Under the pieces are notes generated by a model, which was not told the DNA's origin, did no database searches, and worked only from the letters and a program-made list of their open reading frames with translations. Position numbers and translations under genes: made by a program. Below are positions 36,147 through 50,990 of a stretch of 64,000 bases of DNA, one piece after another (the first letter of the stretch is position 1; each line of letters starts with the position of its first letter). The DNA is from Octopus vulgaris. Its lineage: Eukaryota. Location of the stretch: positions 87,172,001-87,236,000 of the forward strand of contig OX597815.1 of NCBI GenBank assembly GCA_951406725.2. The letters run 5' to 3'.

Positions 36147-39100
36147 AGAGATTACTGACTCCTAAATCTGTCAACAAAACTACATTGTCCGAAGCCAAAA
36201 CAAATGAATTAAGAGCTAAGTAAGTGTCCCACTCTGATTTTATGTTTTAATGTTTGTTTGCAAATGTCATTGAACTTATGTTTCCAATCATTCTCACAAG
36301 ATCAATAAGTGACAGTAACTGGAGTGGTTGGAGTCAATAATCATGACTTTGTCCTATCCATACACAGAAGTTAAATCAGTATCATCAACTGTCTGCTTTA
36401 AGGTGAAGAAGATGAGGCTGTCATACAGAACTGCTCCAGTATAGAGGGTATGATAAATATAAATACATAACTGCATCTCTCAGCAATTTCCTTCATAAAT
36501 GTGTCTAATTACCTCTATGTAAGAGTTGGCATGCACACACACACACACACGGCTATGTACATTGCTTCAAATAAAGAAAACCAAACATATATACAGTAGA
36601 TTTTGTTTGAGATGTCTGCCCATTCAAAGGTATTCAGGTTTTTAAAGTTTATGCAACAAAAGAGAAATGCAAACCAACACAAAATCAAACCAAACCAGTT
36701 GACTCTAAACTTCTGCTATTCACTTAACACAAAACAACAACAAAAAAACAGCAGCAATGATAACAACCTCAGCAACAGGCAAAGATCTATCACTAATAAT
36801 ATTTATGTCAGAGAAAGTAGAAAAAGAAAATATTAGCTGTAGACAACCATAAGAATATTATCGATCCTGGCGGCTGGCGTTGAAGGAGTAAGAAAACCTG
36901 GTTAAATGTCTATTGATTTAGCACTGCAGTGAGCAGAAATGTTTGTTTGACTTGGAAAATTTTGTTTTCTTTTTATTTCTGTAAAATTTATTTATAATTT
37001 TTTTTATTTTCTAATCTTTCTTACTACTTTGATTTCTTTCTTTTTTCTACTCACTGACTTTAGATTTCTTCCTTCTTTCCTTTCTTTTACTTAGGATAAT
37101 AATCAATAGGCAGAAACAATGAACAAACCTGACCAGCCCTGCCATCTAAGCCATCATCATCATCACTATCATGTAAGTATAACCATATTCCAAAAGACAA
37201 ACAAATCTACTTAAATTGCAGAGAGTCTTAACAGGAAAAATAAACTTCATGATAAATAAATAGTTACATAAATATGATATTTACATTTGGTATATGATTA
37301 TTTTATATATATATACATACACATGTAACCTTTGATTTTGAAGTACAGAGCAATGTAGCATATTAGCTATGTCACATATCCAGTTCACCAAAAAACACCT
37401 ACTCTAAAGTTCCAGTAAAATTTAATATAGATGTCGACTCTTAAACAGCCCAAAACAGAAATGGCTTGTGAATAATCTGATGCAGTCACAGACTATAAAT
37501 AGAGCAATGCAGGCACAAATCATAAAATAGCTCAATACTAGGCTATAAATAACTCGACACACATTAATGCACATATCTGCATCTGAGAGAGTAACCATTT
37601 ACAGGTGCTACATGTGTTTGTGCATAATAATGCCTGTGTATCCACACATGTACTTTGTGTTCAAATATAACTGCATGTGAGTTTATGATTGAATATGTAA
37701 ATGCAGTCCCAGCCATGTCAGCAGGGAAGGCAGGCATTAAATGATAACAATGATGATAGGTAATTACATGATTGTCTATGTATTTGCATATGAACATGCA
37801 TGAGTTGGCATGTTCATATGTTTGCATGTTGTTTCTGGGTGTAAGTGCTTAAGTATTATCTGTAATACAAGCAAAGGTGTGATAATAAGTTCTCTACATT
37901 ACTACAATGGATTCAGTTTTGTTTCAATAACATGAATTGATAAAATACAAAATTACTAAAGATGCTCAGAAACTGTTCTTGAGAATTGTTAGAAGAGAAA
38001 ATTTCAACAACAATAGATAAAAATATGATCTCTACAGTTACTTATAGTGTCACATGTTAGGACATAAGTTAAAACACATGTTATATGCAATATGGTAATG
38101 GTGTGCCTTTATGTGCTCTGAACTATATTCTTTTGTTCTTTTACTCATTCTATTCATTGAAGTGTAGATCCATCTTCTAGGGTATGGTCAATTATATCAA
38201 CCATAATACTTAATCTCAGAAAGATGAAGGCAAAGTAGATCTACACAAGATCTGAAGTTAGAATCAAATACAAGATAGCTTGTTTAATGCTCCAATAATT
38301 CTTACATCTAATCATGTTTCAAATAAACATTGACTTCTTTTGACAACGTAAAAGCCAGTAAGGTGATCTCAGTGAGATGAGGAACAAAATTTTATACTCT
38401 TAACCATTTTGTTTTGGTAAACTAACCAATGCTGTCAATTCAAAAATACTAAGTCAAATTGGAAATAATGAGTAATGCTAATATTGTGTGTGTGTGTGTG
38501 CGCGCACGCGTGCGTGCGTGCATGTGTGCACATGCATGCATATGTAAAATCCACTATCTCTGAATATACATATTCTCACTCCCTCTGAATTCATCCTGGA
38601 AAGGTAGACAGAGTAGCAGTGATGTGCCAAATGATAACAGAACAACATCACAAGAGTCTTTAGATCTTTGACATCATGATAGCAAGGCAGGTCAACTTAG
38701 AAAACAACTTGAAAGATTTCTTACTAAGGAAAAAGAAGAAAAATGAAAAAGAAGAAACTATTGATCTCAATGAAATAGAGCAATAAACTGGATTAGATGT
38801 GGAATATATGTGGACCAAATTCAAAGACATTCAGGATGCAATGCTGGCATTACTGTAAAGATTATTGGTAAATGGCATAATAAGAAGGGAAGAGATGCTT
38901 GAATAACAACTCAAGCTTGAATTCTTCAGAAAAGATTAACAAATGCAAATATTCATGATAAATTTTGGTAACAAGACAATTTAAATATATTATTGATGAT
39001 TTCTGAATTAAGCATGAGGTCCTGGGTTTATGGAGAAGATGAGGTGTCAAGGGGTTTGTGGGGGAGAAGGGAATGGGTGGTACGATAACTTTCTAAACTG

Positions 39101-39759
39101 AATTATAAAAAGTGGGTGGAACAGATGCCAGTAGGAAAGACACAACTATCACATAATGACTCAGTGTGAGACAAGATTCTTTTCAGCTATAATGACAATA
39201 CTAATGGCAACAATACTGATTATTTAATTAGCAGTAATACTGATTATTTAATTTGCAACAAAGTAAAGATTTATACATAAACATTAAAATACAATAACAG
39301 ACAAAAAATTTTTCAAGAATGCAGAAGGCATTCCATTAGACATTAACAATTTCACCAATGCATTGCCTTGATGTTTCAAATTTAGAAACAAGGCCAGTAA
39401 TGTTTCTGGGTGAGGGAGTTAGTTGATTACACTGACTCTAGTACTTGACTGGTACTTTACTTTCTTCAAATCTAAAAGGATGAAAGGCAAAGATGATCTC
39501 AGCAGGATTTGAACTCTGAACATAAGGAGACAGAAAACAAATACCATAAGCTATTTTGTTTAATGTTTTAATGATTCAGCTACTCCACCACCCTTCAATA
39601 TTAACAGCAATAATAATGGTGGTTTCTAATTTAGGTACAACACAAGCCAGTAAGCTTTGATTGGAGAGAGCTAGTTGCAGAAGATAAAGGGATTTAACTA
39701 ATACCACAGAGTATTTTATCCAAAATTCTATGAATCAAGGAGGTGGGTGAATGAGGTGT

Positions 39760-40350
39760 TTAGGCTCTCATCACTAGACATAGTGAAAAGACACAGCTGT
39801 CATAGATGACAAATATTTCCAATGTTGCTATTTCTTGAGAAAATACACCCATCCTAGTTCCAACAAAATACAACTGAAGACACAATAACATAGCAAAGTT
39901 TCCTTACATGTATCTAGCTAGCAAATTTCAACTGCTCCAAAAAACAAGAACTCTCTTGTACTCCTGTGAATCTCCAATTTTAGAAAATGATGATGTGAAA
40001 ATACTATAGAACTTTAACGTACAGACAGATCACCAGAAAATACATAATAAGCCTGGCATTATTCACCATGACAACGATGAAAATAGTGTTTTAATTATTA
40101 ACAGCAACTCTAAATGATTATAATATTGCGCAGAAGCAAGCTGAAATGGTAAACTGTTGTTGAACTAAAAACATTATGACAGTTAAGGAATGTACCACTT
40201 TAGTTACATCTGGCACAAATCCTATTAGGGCATTGACAAATTACCTATAAATATAAGCATAGATATCTTCCAGCAAAACAGCAATACCAGAATCTGTAAA
40301 CACTGTATTTGTTAACCTTGCACACCTTTATTAAACTTGAATACCTCTGT
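39760..40350 (-). mobile_element. Possible highly degraded LINE APE endonuclease
   Basis: Ordered weak remnants 'SGIAVLL', 'LTVIMFLVQQ', 'VFSGDLSV' and 'GDSQEYKRVLVF' resemble the RTE endonuclease motifs GVGILL, ISVYAPQ, GDFNG and G.RN.EG.R.LEF. Confidence 0.35.
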
Positions 40351-41169
40351 ATATGTTTCACATTGAAGATGAACATCCTTTTAAACCTAGAACATACACA
40401 CACACACAGTGGCCCCAGTATATGCTCGTTGTAAGAAGATTAAAAGCAACTATAAATAAAGATAATTTTGATGCCCAGAGTTTCCCAAGAAATTCACTCT
40501 TATCACAAACACTATAGAATGCAAATATTGACAAATTACTGACCACACTGACTAACTAGTAAAGAACTCTGAATACTTGATGCCATTTCACATGCTGGGA
40601 GCCAAATCTTTCTCTTTTCTTCATCCAAAATCACAACTCTGTCAAAGAGATGAACTGTGGGAGAATATGCCTCACAAACAGTGAAAGCACCTCTAATCAC
40701 CATAAATTTCTGAAAACACTAAAATCTTACCACATGCTTGCACATCATCAATCATGGCATATCAAGCCTTCTGTGCAGCAAGTATTGGCAACAATTGTTC
40801 TGACCAATGAAACATGTCCCTTCCACAAGAAGTAAGAACAACAGGTGCTCCAATTTGGTCAAAAACTGGAGAAAGAGCACAATATCCTTGTATTACTCCA
40901 ATATATCACCATTATTTATTGCATTGACATGCCCAATAGAAAATGAAATTTACAACAGGAGATAACAATATGCTCTAATGTAACCAGGTCACAGATGAAG
41001 GTCTATGTAAGATTTTGTTGTTAAAGTTAATGCACAATAAATTGCTTCTAGTTCTACTATACACAAAATATTAAAATGAAAAAAAATTACACAATTCCTA
41101 ATAATACATAATAATAAAAATATAACTAGGAACTTTTTAAACAATGAATATCTATAAGGGTTCAGTAGA

Positions 41170-41229
41170 GAAAAATAGGAACTGAAGGGGTCTGAGGGCA
41201 AAAAAAAAAAAAAAGGTTGAGAACCACTA
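41170..41229 (+). mobile_element. hAT (Charlie/MER5-like) 3' terminus
   Basis: ggggtctgagggc(a)nggttgagaaccacta is close to the reverse complement of the CAGTGGTTCTCAACC-type terminus. Confidence 0.5.
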
Positions 41230-41529
41230 CTTTAATGTGTCTAATTAAATAGCCTAGTATCTCAATTATTTAAATAACAGCAGCAGCAGCAGTAAACTTG
41301 AAATAAAAGCATACAACTAAAACTGATGTTGAATTCCCAATAATTGACATATCAGCATTAAATGAACTATCTTCTGACTTAGATACTATAACGACTGATT
41401 CAATAAGAAAGTTATAACTCATTCTATTTGTAATTGGAATGACACTATATACTGTTTCTATAAAGACAATGATAGTTAAGCAAAAATTATTGACAGAGGT
41501 AAATTATGTAAAATAGGAATACAGGGTCT

Positions 41530-42904
41530 TTATCCCTTTAGCATTTAAACTGGCCAGACCCAGCCAAAATATTCTACCTGTTATCTTCAAACTGGCCAGA
41601 TCCAGCCTCTCACACCTACCCTACAATCTTAATAATACTAAAACTCCAGATGTTTGATTGTTCCCAAAATATCTCAGAAACAGTATATTTTATCTTAATT
41701 TTTTTTACATATTTATTTTCATACATACTTTATGCAGTGCAGTATGAGGTTTTGTAATATGTGGACCTCTATTTATTAATGAAAATGATTAAACGCAATT
41801 TTTGTTTGTTATTTCTTGATGAAAAAACATGGTTTCCCTGATGTCAACACACATATAATGAATGTGATGGCATGTGAATCAACACAAACATATGTACACT
41901 ATCTGTGACCTGTACACACACATAGTCATCATGCTCTCTCTCTCTCTCCTCTATCACTCTCTAAGAAAAAAATGTCGACTTTCATCCCTTCCTTTCTCAT
42001 TCATATGTTGTGATGGAAAAAAACAAAAGAGAAAGAATGTTCCCATTTTCTCTTTTGTTAAACACAGCACAAAGTTTTGTCAGTGAACAAGTTGTGGTTT
42101 CAAAGCGACAAAAATATCTTGACACAAAGTAAATTTAAATGTTGAAGTGAAACTAACGGTTTTTATGTTTTGTTTCAACACACAATCTCAAATCAAGTTA
42201 CTTGCTATGCAAGTACATATTTTAATATTTCAATCATTTAGAAATATTTTTGAGTGATTGTGATTTCAAAAATGTAAGTAGTTTGTACAGTAAGTATTTA
42301 TATTTTAGCTTTCTTTAAACAGACAATATTTTAATGTCTTTTTAAATTATTTTCAAGTGGATACTATTACAATTTTTTTTTTCTGGCATATTTAAAAAAT
42401 ATTTAAAAGTGAAAATGATTTTAAAAATACGGTAAATATTTCGTAAAAGACCTGTTCATAACCTTGGTGTGAAATAGTTTTTCCATAGATTTTTATCAAG
42501 TGCATTCAACGTATCTCACCTCCAAAGATTTGGCTGCTATTTCTAGCACGCCTTGCTACCATGTAACAGCTATTTGCGATAAAGGACCCAAAATACTTGA
42601 AATAGTAGCCAAATCTTTCCTTTTGGGGGAAAGGAGCCATTAATGCCTGATTTCGATGTCACATTCATTGAAAGCATGTGAAATAACATTGAAAAGAAAA
42701 AAATTAACCCACAAAACAAAACTCCATTGCTGGGAAACTCAGAGTTTCCTGGTGACCCAACAGGCCATGAGTAGTCTAGTATTATTCTGAAAAACACTCA
42801 CGTCTTTTAAGCCTCAAAGCTATGAGATAATGCATGACTAATTCAGATCAATGTGATAAATAAACATTACATTTGACAGAGAAATCTGAATGCTATAGGG
42901 TTAA
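41530..42904 (-). mobile_element. piggyBac-like element P1 whose two halves are separated by ~1.15 kb of other sequence
   Basis: Left end TTAT-CCCTTTAGCATTTAAAC, right end GAATGCTATAGGG-TTAA. The halves match the two parts of the short copies. Confidence 0.7.
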
Positions 42905-43134
42905 ATATCACAAAATTGTTCCATCAGTTCTTAACATTGAACACTTGTATGCTTGTCTGCTAAAGGGTGTACTATTTGTTCTTTTTACATAAGAAAAAAG
43001 ATTAGTTATTGTACTAGACTAATAATAAAAAAAATATAGAGAGACAATATTAAGTATATTCATAACAATAATAAATATAACAGTTATTTCTTATAGTAGA
43101 GAAAGGTTGTAACAGACATGATAAAAAAAGAGAG

Positions 43135-43167
<33 letters not shown>

Positions 43168-44140
43168 TGTGAGTGTGTGAGTGTGTGTGTGTGTTTTTCT
43201 TTTTCTTTATAAATTTCTTCTCCCTACCAGCTTTTCCCTATCTACACAAAGAGCTGAAAATGTTGGGGTATGTAATGAGATAGCTTATTTAATCTCAGTA
43301 CAGATGTTGACTGGTACTTGTTCTCCCAACTCTGGTGTGGATGAAGAGAACATAAAGAGATGTAAAAACCACAAGGCACCTGCCCTTTTAATAATTTCTA
43401 ACAAAGACACAAATTAGCATGGAGGAAAATCCCACCCCTCTGCTAGTACTTGAACAGTACTTTATTTCATTAATAAAATATGGGTGAAAATAAGGTCGGC
43501 CTCAGCACTACGTCCATCTATTTAAACTCAAAACACAGGATTTTGGACTCAGAATCAGCAACGCATTTCTGTCTGTAAGTGTTACAAACCACCAGTCTGA
43601 CACTAACGATTATGCCAATTGGCCATTTCAACTGACCACTTAATGATTATAATAACTATTTTCATTATTTGTTTTTAATAATGATGAGAATAACTGGTTA
43701 TCATTTATGCACAATTTCAAGATGAGGTGGGGTTAATTGACAATACTGAGACCAGTACTTGACAGATACATTATTTTATTGACACTGAATAGAGTTGACT
43801 TTGACAGAATTTGAACTAAAAACATAAGGAGTTGGAATAAATAGTGCAAGGAATTTTTCTGGTGCTCTAGTGATACTAGTAGTTCACTTCTTTTTAATAA
43901 AAGCAATAATGATAGTTATTTCTAGCACTGACACAAAACAGCCATAAATGTAGGGTAAAAGAATCAATCTCATGCTAATAATATTTGACACAAGGTCAAA
44001 AATTTTGGCGGATAGTGAATCAGCTTCTGTATTTGAGCGGTCCCTATCTTATTAGCCCAAGTAGGATGACAAATAAAGTCAACCGCATCAGGATTTGGAC
44101 AACAGTAAGTACTAAATAGTATTTTGTCCAACAAGTTATC

Positions 44141-44257
<117 letters not shown>

Positions 44258-46151
44258 GCTGCCTGAATTAGACTATAACAGTAAAGATTTGTTTGTGCAT
44301 AGATACATAAAGAAAGTGAGTGTAGGGGGTGCAAAATGAGTGTGTTTGTAAAGCCCCATCCCATCCACCCACACACACTCATAATTCAAGCTCTGAAATA
44401 TATATTAGGCTTATTGACAAAACTGTGATAATTTGGCTATCAGTTATCCCACCTTGCTCTGCTCGATGATTTTTCAATATAAAGTGTCAGTTGGTGGTTT
44501 TATATTGCTACAGGAACTGAATATGCTGACTCAAAAACCTGGGTGAGTCATCATCAGAAAAGTATTAGAGATACTTCCCTCAACTTCCGAGGTTGTGTTT
44601 GTCAGTCCAGATACATCACAAATACACACACACTCACACATAAACACATATACACACTCTCACATACTAGAAGGTAAGCTGACCTAACGTGCTGACTAAG
44701 TTTGACAGGATTTAATATAAACTTTCAACCGTTAATCATTTCTGTTCGTATTGGGGGTGAGGAGGGAAATATATGACCACCACTGCTACTACTACTGGTA
44801 TCGTTAAACCACCACCACCACCGCTGCCAAACTAAAATCAATAGAAGAATTTTTTTTTGCTTCAACTCACAAAAACAGAAATTAAAGAAAGAAAACCAAC
44901 AATAAAAGAACTTTAATGAACTGAATGCTGCAGATACTTTGGTGGTCTTGGAAGCTGAACTCCATTAACCTTTTTCATACCAACTCGCCTGAGACTGCCT
45001 ATACTAAAGTGTTCACAAATTAAAATCACACATCAAAATTTCATTATAATATGAATGATATTGTACAAATCAGCACCAGCATAATATACTAATACATAAA
45101 CAGATGTTTTAATAAATCTAATATCTTGATTATAGTGAATGAAGTAATATAAGAAAATAACATTTCATCAAACCAGTAATGAAGCAAATTTAAACAGAAT
45201 GCATGTATTCTCGGCCCAAACTAATTGCAATAATAGGAACCTGTCACACTTCGTTGTTCTCTTTCCAGAAGGCTGAATCAGCAGTAAAACTAACTACACT
45301 ACCACCACCACCACTTCTAGAACGAAACTCTCAATCTATAGATTATTTACCGTTTCACACCATTCTTTGCACAACCATGGCTAGTCAAGGTTCTGCAAAT
45401 TTGAACAGTTAGATAAATGTGTAACAATTGTTTTTAATCACTGATATCCTCCTGTTAACTGCACAACTCTTGAATGAAAACAGGCATAGCTGCGTGGTTA
45501 AGAAGCTTGCTTCCAAACCATGTGGTCATGGGTACAGTCCCACTGCACAACACCTTGGGCAAGTATCTTCTACTATGGTCCCAGGCTAACCAAAGCCTTA
45601 TGATTAGATTTGGTAGACAGAAAATGAAAGAAGCCTAATTTGTGTGTGCATGTAGAGGTGGGATATGTATATGTATGTACTCTTGTCTAGACATCATGTG
45701 GTGGCAGTAAATGAGCATCATCATACATATGAAGTTGTCTGTTTCCTGTCCTCAGATAAAAAACATGTCTGGCCATGAAGAGGGTTGGTGGCAAGAAGGG
45801 CATCGAGCTGTAGAAAATCTGCCTCCACAAATTTCATCTAATCCAAGGAAGCATGGAAAAGTGGTTGTCAAATGATCATGATGATGGGAACATGATTGCC
45901 AACCAGGCAAACTGAGGAAGGCAGTGTTATGTACTCTACCTCAGTCTACAATGTGATAAATGTAGTAAAGTTTGAACAAGACCAGGTAACTCAGTATTCT
46001 TCATGGAATGGGGGCTGTTAAGCTTGAGAAGCTGGGCACACAAATTGATGGATTGTGTTTTCTCATTGATAAAGAGGACAGGATGGAGATGAAAATTTTA
46101 TTAATGGTTTTTTGTGAATCACTTAGACATAAATTGTATAGAAGTCAATCA

Positions 46152-46211
<60 letters not shown>

Positions 46212-47434
46212 TTTAATGATGGTCTAAAAATCAGAGTTATGTTGTACAACTTTATGTCCAGTAACTTGGTGGTTTGACAAACAGAGATCAATAAAATAAG
46301 TACCAGACTAAAATGGGATCAATATGATCAACTAAAAATTCTTGAAGGTAGAGCCCCATATGACCATAGTTCAATAACTAAAACCAATTAACGAACATTC
46401 TACAAAAATACAAAATTCAATTAAAAACAAAAAGAAAAGTCTGAGTTGGTGTTGCTTTCAACAAAGAAATTTAATTTAGATCTATAAAATTATGTTTTGA
46501 TTAAAAGAACTTTGTAAAATTGGTCTCCTGTCAGTGGAACAATGAGTTATTTTCAGCTACTATATTCCGTGTGATATGATAAAGAGAGTAGTATAGAATC
46601 AAAGGAGAGGAGAAGAGTATGTTAATGTATGATAATGTGTATATGTATATGACAATGTGTATATGTATACAAGCACGTGAAAACGTCTGTACATGAAAGA
46701 CAGAAAAGAAGAGGGAAAAAAGTAGTAAACGAGGGAATCAACAAAGAGAACGAATCTCAAAGGATGTGAAATATCTGAAAGAAGATATTGTAGACACAAC
46801 AGCTTGATGAAGAAGTACACTTCATAACCATGTGTTGCCCAGGCTCAATTCTACGGTATGGCAAGTGTCTTCTGCTATAACCCTGGGTTGATCAATACCT
46901 AGTGAGTGAAATTTGACAGGTAGAAACTGTGTGTGTGTATGTGTTCCATTATGTCACTTAGCAGCTTGACAAATAGAAATTAATGAGTGCAAGACAAAAT
47001 GGCAGGGGGGGGGGTGAATGAAAGTTGTTTAAGGTTGTGCCCCAGCATGGCCACATTCCAATGACTGAAACCAACATTAGAAAACACACACATACACACA
47101 CACTCAAAATAAAAATGTGGTGAGTCAATAAAATTGAAACTATGCTTGGAGAAAATCTGATTTTAATTGAATCATTTGAAAATATTTTTAACTACAGAAT
47201 GTTGGATATGAAATGGTCTTTGCATTGATCACTACAAGACTGCTACCTGCTCTTCACTAAAGTAGATTGGCATAAGTGAAAGTAACATTGCTATATTAGT
47301 AGTGGCATTTGACCTCACATCATCTTGATTAATAAATTCAACAAATTATATCAACTGTTTGAAATTTATATAACCTGATGACTTGACATTGATGCGACCT
47401 GTACTTCACATGGATTTTATATAATTTTACTACA

Positions 47435-47625
47435 TATTCTTTTCCACTCTAGGCACAAAGCCCAAAGATGGACCTCAGTACACAACTGGTACTTAATTTA
47501 TCAACCCTAAAAGGATGAAAGGCAAAGCTGATCTCAGCAGTCGTAAAGACAAAATGTAAAGACCAACGAAATACTGCTAAGCATTTCGCCCAGTGTGCTA
47601 ATGTTTCTGCCAGCTCACCACCTTA
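47435..47625 (-). mobile_element. SINE family B copy
   Basis: Reverse complement of the family B sequence at 25268-25446, including the head ggtggtgagctggcagaaacattagcacactgggcgaaatgcttagc. Confidence 0.8.
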
Positions 47626-50554
47626 TTTTTCTACATATATCAATCCCAAGCTCTCATGAACACACAAAATGTGTACACCACAGTATTGAAAAGATTAACT
47701 TCAACTAGATTTGAATTCATAACCAACCAAACTCATTAATCCCAGTCTACTCCAGTAAAGTAAATGTTTAAATCCCCGCCACCACCCAACAACTGCATTG
47801 CAGATGCCATAAGGTTTTGTATGGTGTCAACTTTTCTTACATGACTTCATAACTTCCAAGTTATTAACAGGTTTTCTTCATATACAAGATTAACGTACAC
47901 TGTAGGCTAAAGACAGAATAGACAGAATTCGAAAACTAAAAATACAGAGGAAAAAATAGAGATTTTTATGTATGTATGTCTGTGTGTGTATCCATACGAG
48001 AGTGAGCATGTGTATGTGTGTGTATACTACATATTTTACATGCTTAGAGTCTTTCTCTATTTTTTCTTGGGGTGGACGGAACGGGGGTTACACCAGCCTA
48101 ACATCACTAATGGATGATTGGATATTCCTACAAAGTGATCTCAAGATGTTAGATCAGTTATTGTGCTTCCTAAAATTGCTATCAGTCTAGTTTGACTTGC
48201 TTTAAATGATAAACTTTCTCATTTTCAAACAATATGCGTCAATGGATTTTTTCCTGATTTTTTTTTTGTGTGGGAGTTGTTGTTTTTTTTTGTTTTTTTG
48301 TTTTGTTTTGTTTTTTGTTTTGTTTTTTGTTTTGTTTTTTTGCATTGTTGGTATGGTAAGACAAAGTATTGGTACATGAATATATTGCAGCAAGCAATAT
48401 GTTGCTTCTGATAAAAAGAAGATACTGTTTGCTGCATAAATATTTACCAATTTACATACATACACACTAATGCAACACTTGTATTGTTTCATGCATAATT
48501 ATTAACATGTTGCTTAGGTGGAGACAAGATATCATGGCATAAAAACTTCTAACAATACATTGCAAAAACTAATAAAAAAAATGCTGCTTTAAGTAGACAA
48601 GATGTGATATATATGTGTCTGTGTGTGTTCCAACACTGTTCAACAATACATGCTGATATATATTACTTCAGTAAAAAGTAAACATATTGACGTGTGCGTT
48701 TATGTTGGTGGGTGTTTTTGTGGGTGGGTGTTTGTGCGTGGGGGTGTATTTGTGAGGGGGAATAGGGAGTGCTTGTGTATGTGTTCATAGTTTCCAACAA
48801 ATTTATCTCTTTTTATGTTCTTTGATATTCAACTTTGTGTGTTATGCTTTTTTCTTCTTTTACTGATGTGAGTCATTAGACTGCGACCATGCAGGAGAAC
48901 CAAATTTCAAGAGGTTTAGATGACACTGACACCTGTTCTTTGTCCAGTACTTAATTCATGATACTTGGAAGGAACACAGTCAAAGTTGATCAAGTTGAGA
49001 TTTGAACTTAGAATGTAAAGGGATATAACCAAAAAAAAAACACCCAGTATTTCATTCGACACAACTGATTCAGCTAAAAAATCAGAGCTTTTATCAACAC
49101 CTAGATTCTCTTCCTAAGTTATCATCATCATTTAACGTCTGTTTTCCATGCTGGCATGAGTTGGGCGGTTGAACTGAAAACTGCTAAGCTGGAGAGCTGC
49201 ACCAGGTTCCAGTCTGGTTTGGCATGATTTCTATGGCTGGATGCACTTCCTAATGCCAACCACTCCAAGAGTGTAGTGGGTGCTTTTAATGTGCCACCAG
49301 CACAGGTACCAGTTATGTAACACAGGCATCGGCTACAACTATGATCTCAAAGCTCAGTATATCGCCAAAGGTCTCAGTCACCAGTCACGACCGCCATGAG
49401 GCCCAACATTCCAATGGTACTTTTTACATGCCATGACGAGGATTTCATTTGGTTTGATGGATCTTCTCAAGTACAGCATAAAAGAAACACATTTAAATTA
49501 CTTAACCAGGAACACCACAACAGCTGTAATAATAAGGTTTGAACATATGTCTGTGTAGGCAGTAATTCATTGCCTTAAACTAGAAGCTTACAGTAACTGG
49601 GTTTCTGAAGCAGTCACAAGTCTATATACTGTCTTGATCAAACATTGTTGCATCATCAAACAACAACCAGTATTTTCAACATGGATCTTAAGATAAAATA
49701 ACTAGTGTCTAGTGTTTTCAATGAGTACTGTAAGCTAATATAAACCTAATTTAATATTTGCAATGTTGACTATAAACTAAAATAACCAGTTTTCATTTAT
49801 TAAAAAAAAAAAAAATAAATAAAGACAGAAATGATAACAGGTGCCCTGGAAATGATTAACAAATATGCAAACCAGTTCATAACCAAAATCCTAAGACTTA
49901 CATGTATACACAACATATAAAAAGCCTAAACTATATTGCACACATTACAAAGGGTACATTACATACAACTGAAAAAGATTAAAAAATAAAGCACTGCATC
50001 TAACTAAAACATACTCTCACTTAGCAACATTTCAGTTCAGTTATTGGATCATGTTCTATGAAAAATTTTGATGTTCCTACTGTTTTTAAAATGTCAGCTG
50101 TTCTACCTGGAACAGGAGGAAATATCAGTGGATAAGACATTGTTTTACATAAATATGATCAAAGTTTGCAGTTATTTAATCAACCAAACCAAGATTAAGA
50201 TCCACTGCACTTCGATCTTTATTCTCAAAAGGAGAGTAAGGTAAGGGCATGATATTTATGGGTATGAATAATATTTTTTTAAATGGTTTTGATGGACTAT
50301 TACTTTTACAGAATGAGACAATGGATCAATGATTTTGAAACATTTTGGTTTGGAAGTAAGTACATTGTTGATGATGAATAGCTCTGATGACTTTGAATGA
50401 ATCGACAGAAACTAAGAGTAGATTTTCATGAAGGCTTGATAGGGTAAATGCAAAGTGACACTACATATAAATCCATTGATAGCTATGATGGGCTTCCATA
50501 ATCCTTCATCAATGGGCTTAAATTCTACAAAAAAAAACACTAAGCTGTTTTCCA

Positions 50555-50990
50555 TTCAATAAATGAAGAAATTACTAATTGATGGAGCAACAGCCACTTA
50601 CAAAAGTACTGATTCCTGCAATGATGGATATAACCTGTACAATTATCCTATTCCTAAACAGCTGTAACCTTGCCTCATTTTCATACAACTTTAACCTTGA
50701 AAATGGAGAATGCTGTAATGAAACTGCAAAATTTAAATAAGGTTAATGAGCTTTGCACCTGAACAAGAATTCAAATAATCTATTTACATGAGCACAGATT
50801 TGAAGGAGACATTGTTACAGAAAGTGAACATCTTGGAAAATATGACATTGTGCCAGGAAATAAACTGAAACTTTCTGACATCCCACCGCCATTCACCTCT
50901 ATACAATTACAGCTTCCAGTTCAAATCACTTTAGCAATAACGGTCAATAAATCTCAATGCCAATCATCTGATCTATTTGTGCTAAATAGC
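50555..50990 (+). mobile_element. Degraded Helitron PIF1-type helicase fragment
   Basis: 'TYKSTDS', 'LTLKMENAVMKLQNLNKVNELCT*TR' and 'IVPGNKLKLSD..PF..IQLQLPVQITLAITVNKSQCQS' resemble Helitron 'L.LKVG.PIMLLRNL...GLCNGTR...IPRI.L..SD..PF...QFPVRLAFAMTINKSQGQS'. Confidence 0.8.

Noticed and set aside
38640-38990. Possible old LINE ORF2 remnant ('DVEYMWTKFKD')
   Set aside because: It is a single short motif with no supporting neighbours.
50384-50412. Hammerhead-like CTGATGA...GAAAC
   Set aside because: There is no stem II between the boxes, and it lies in or next to the Helitron relic.
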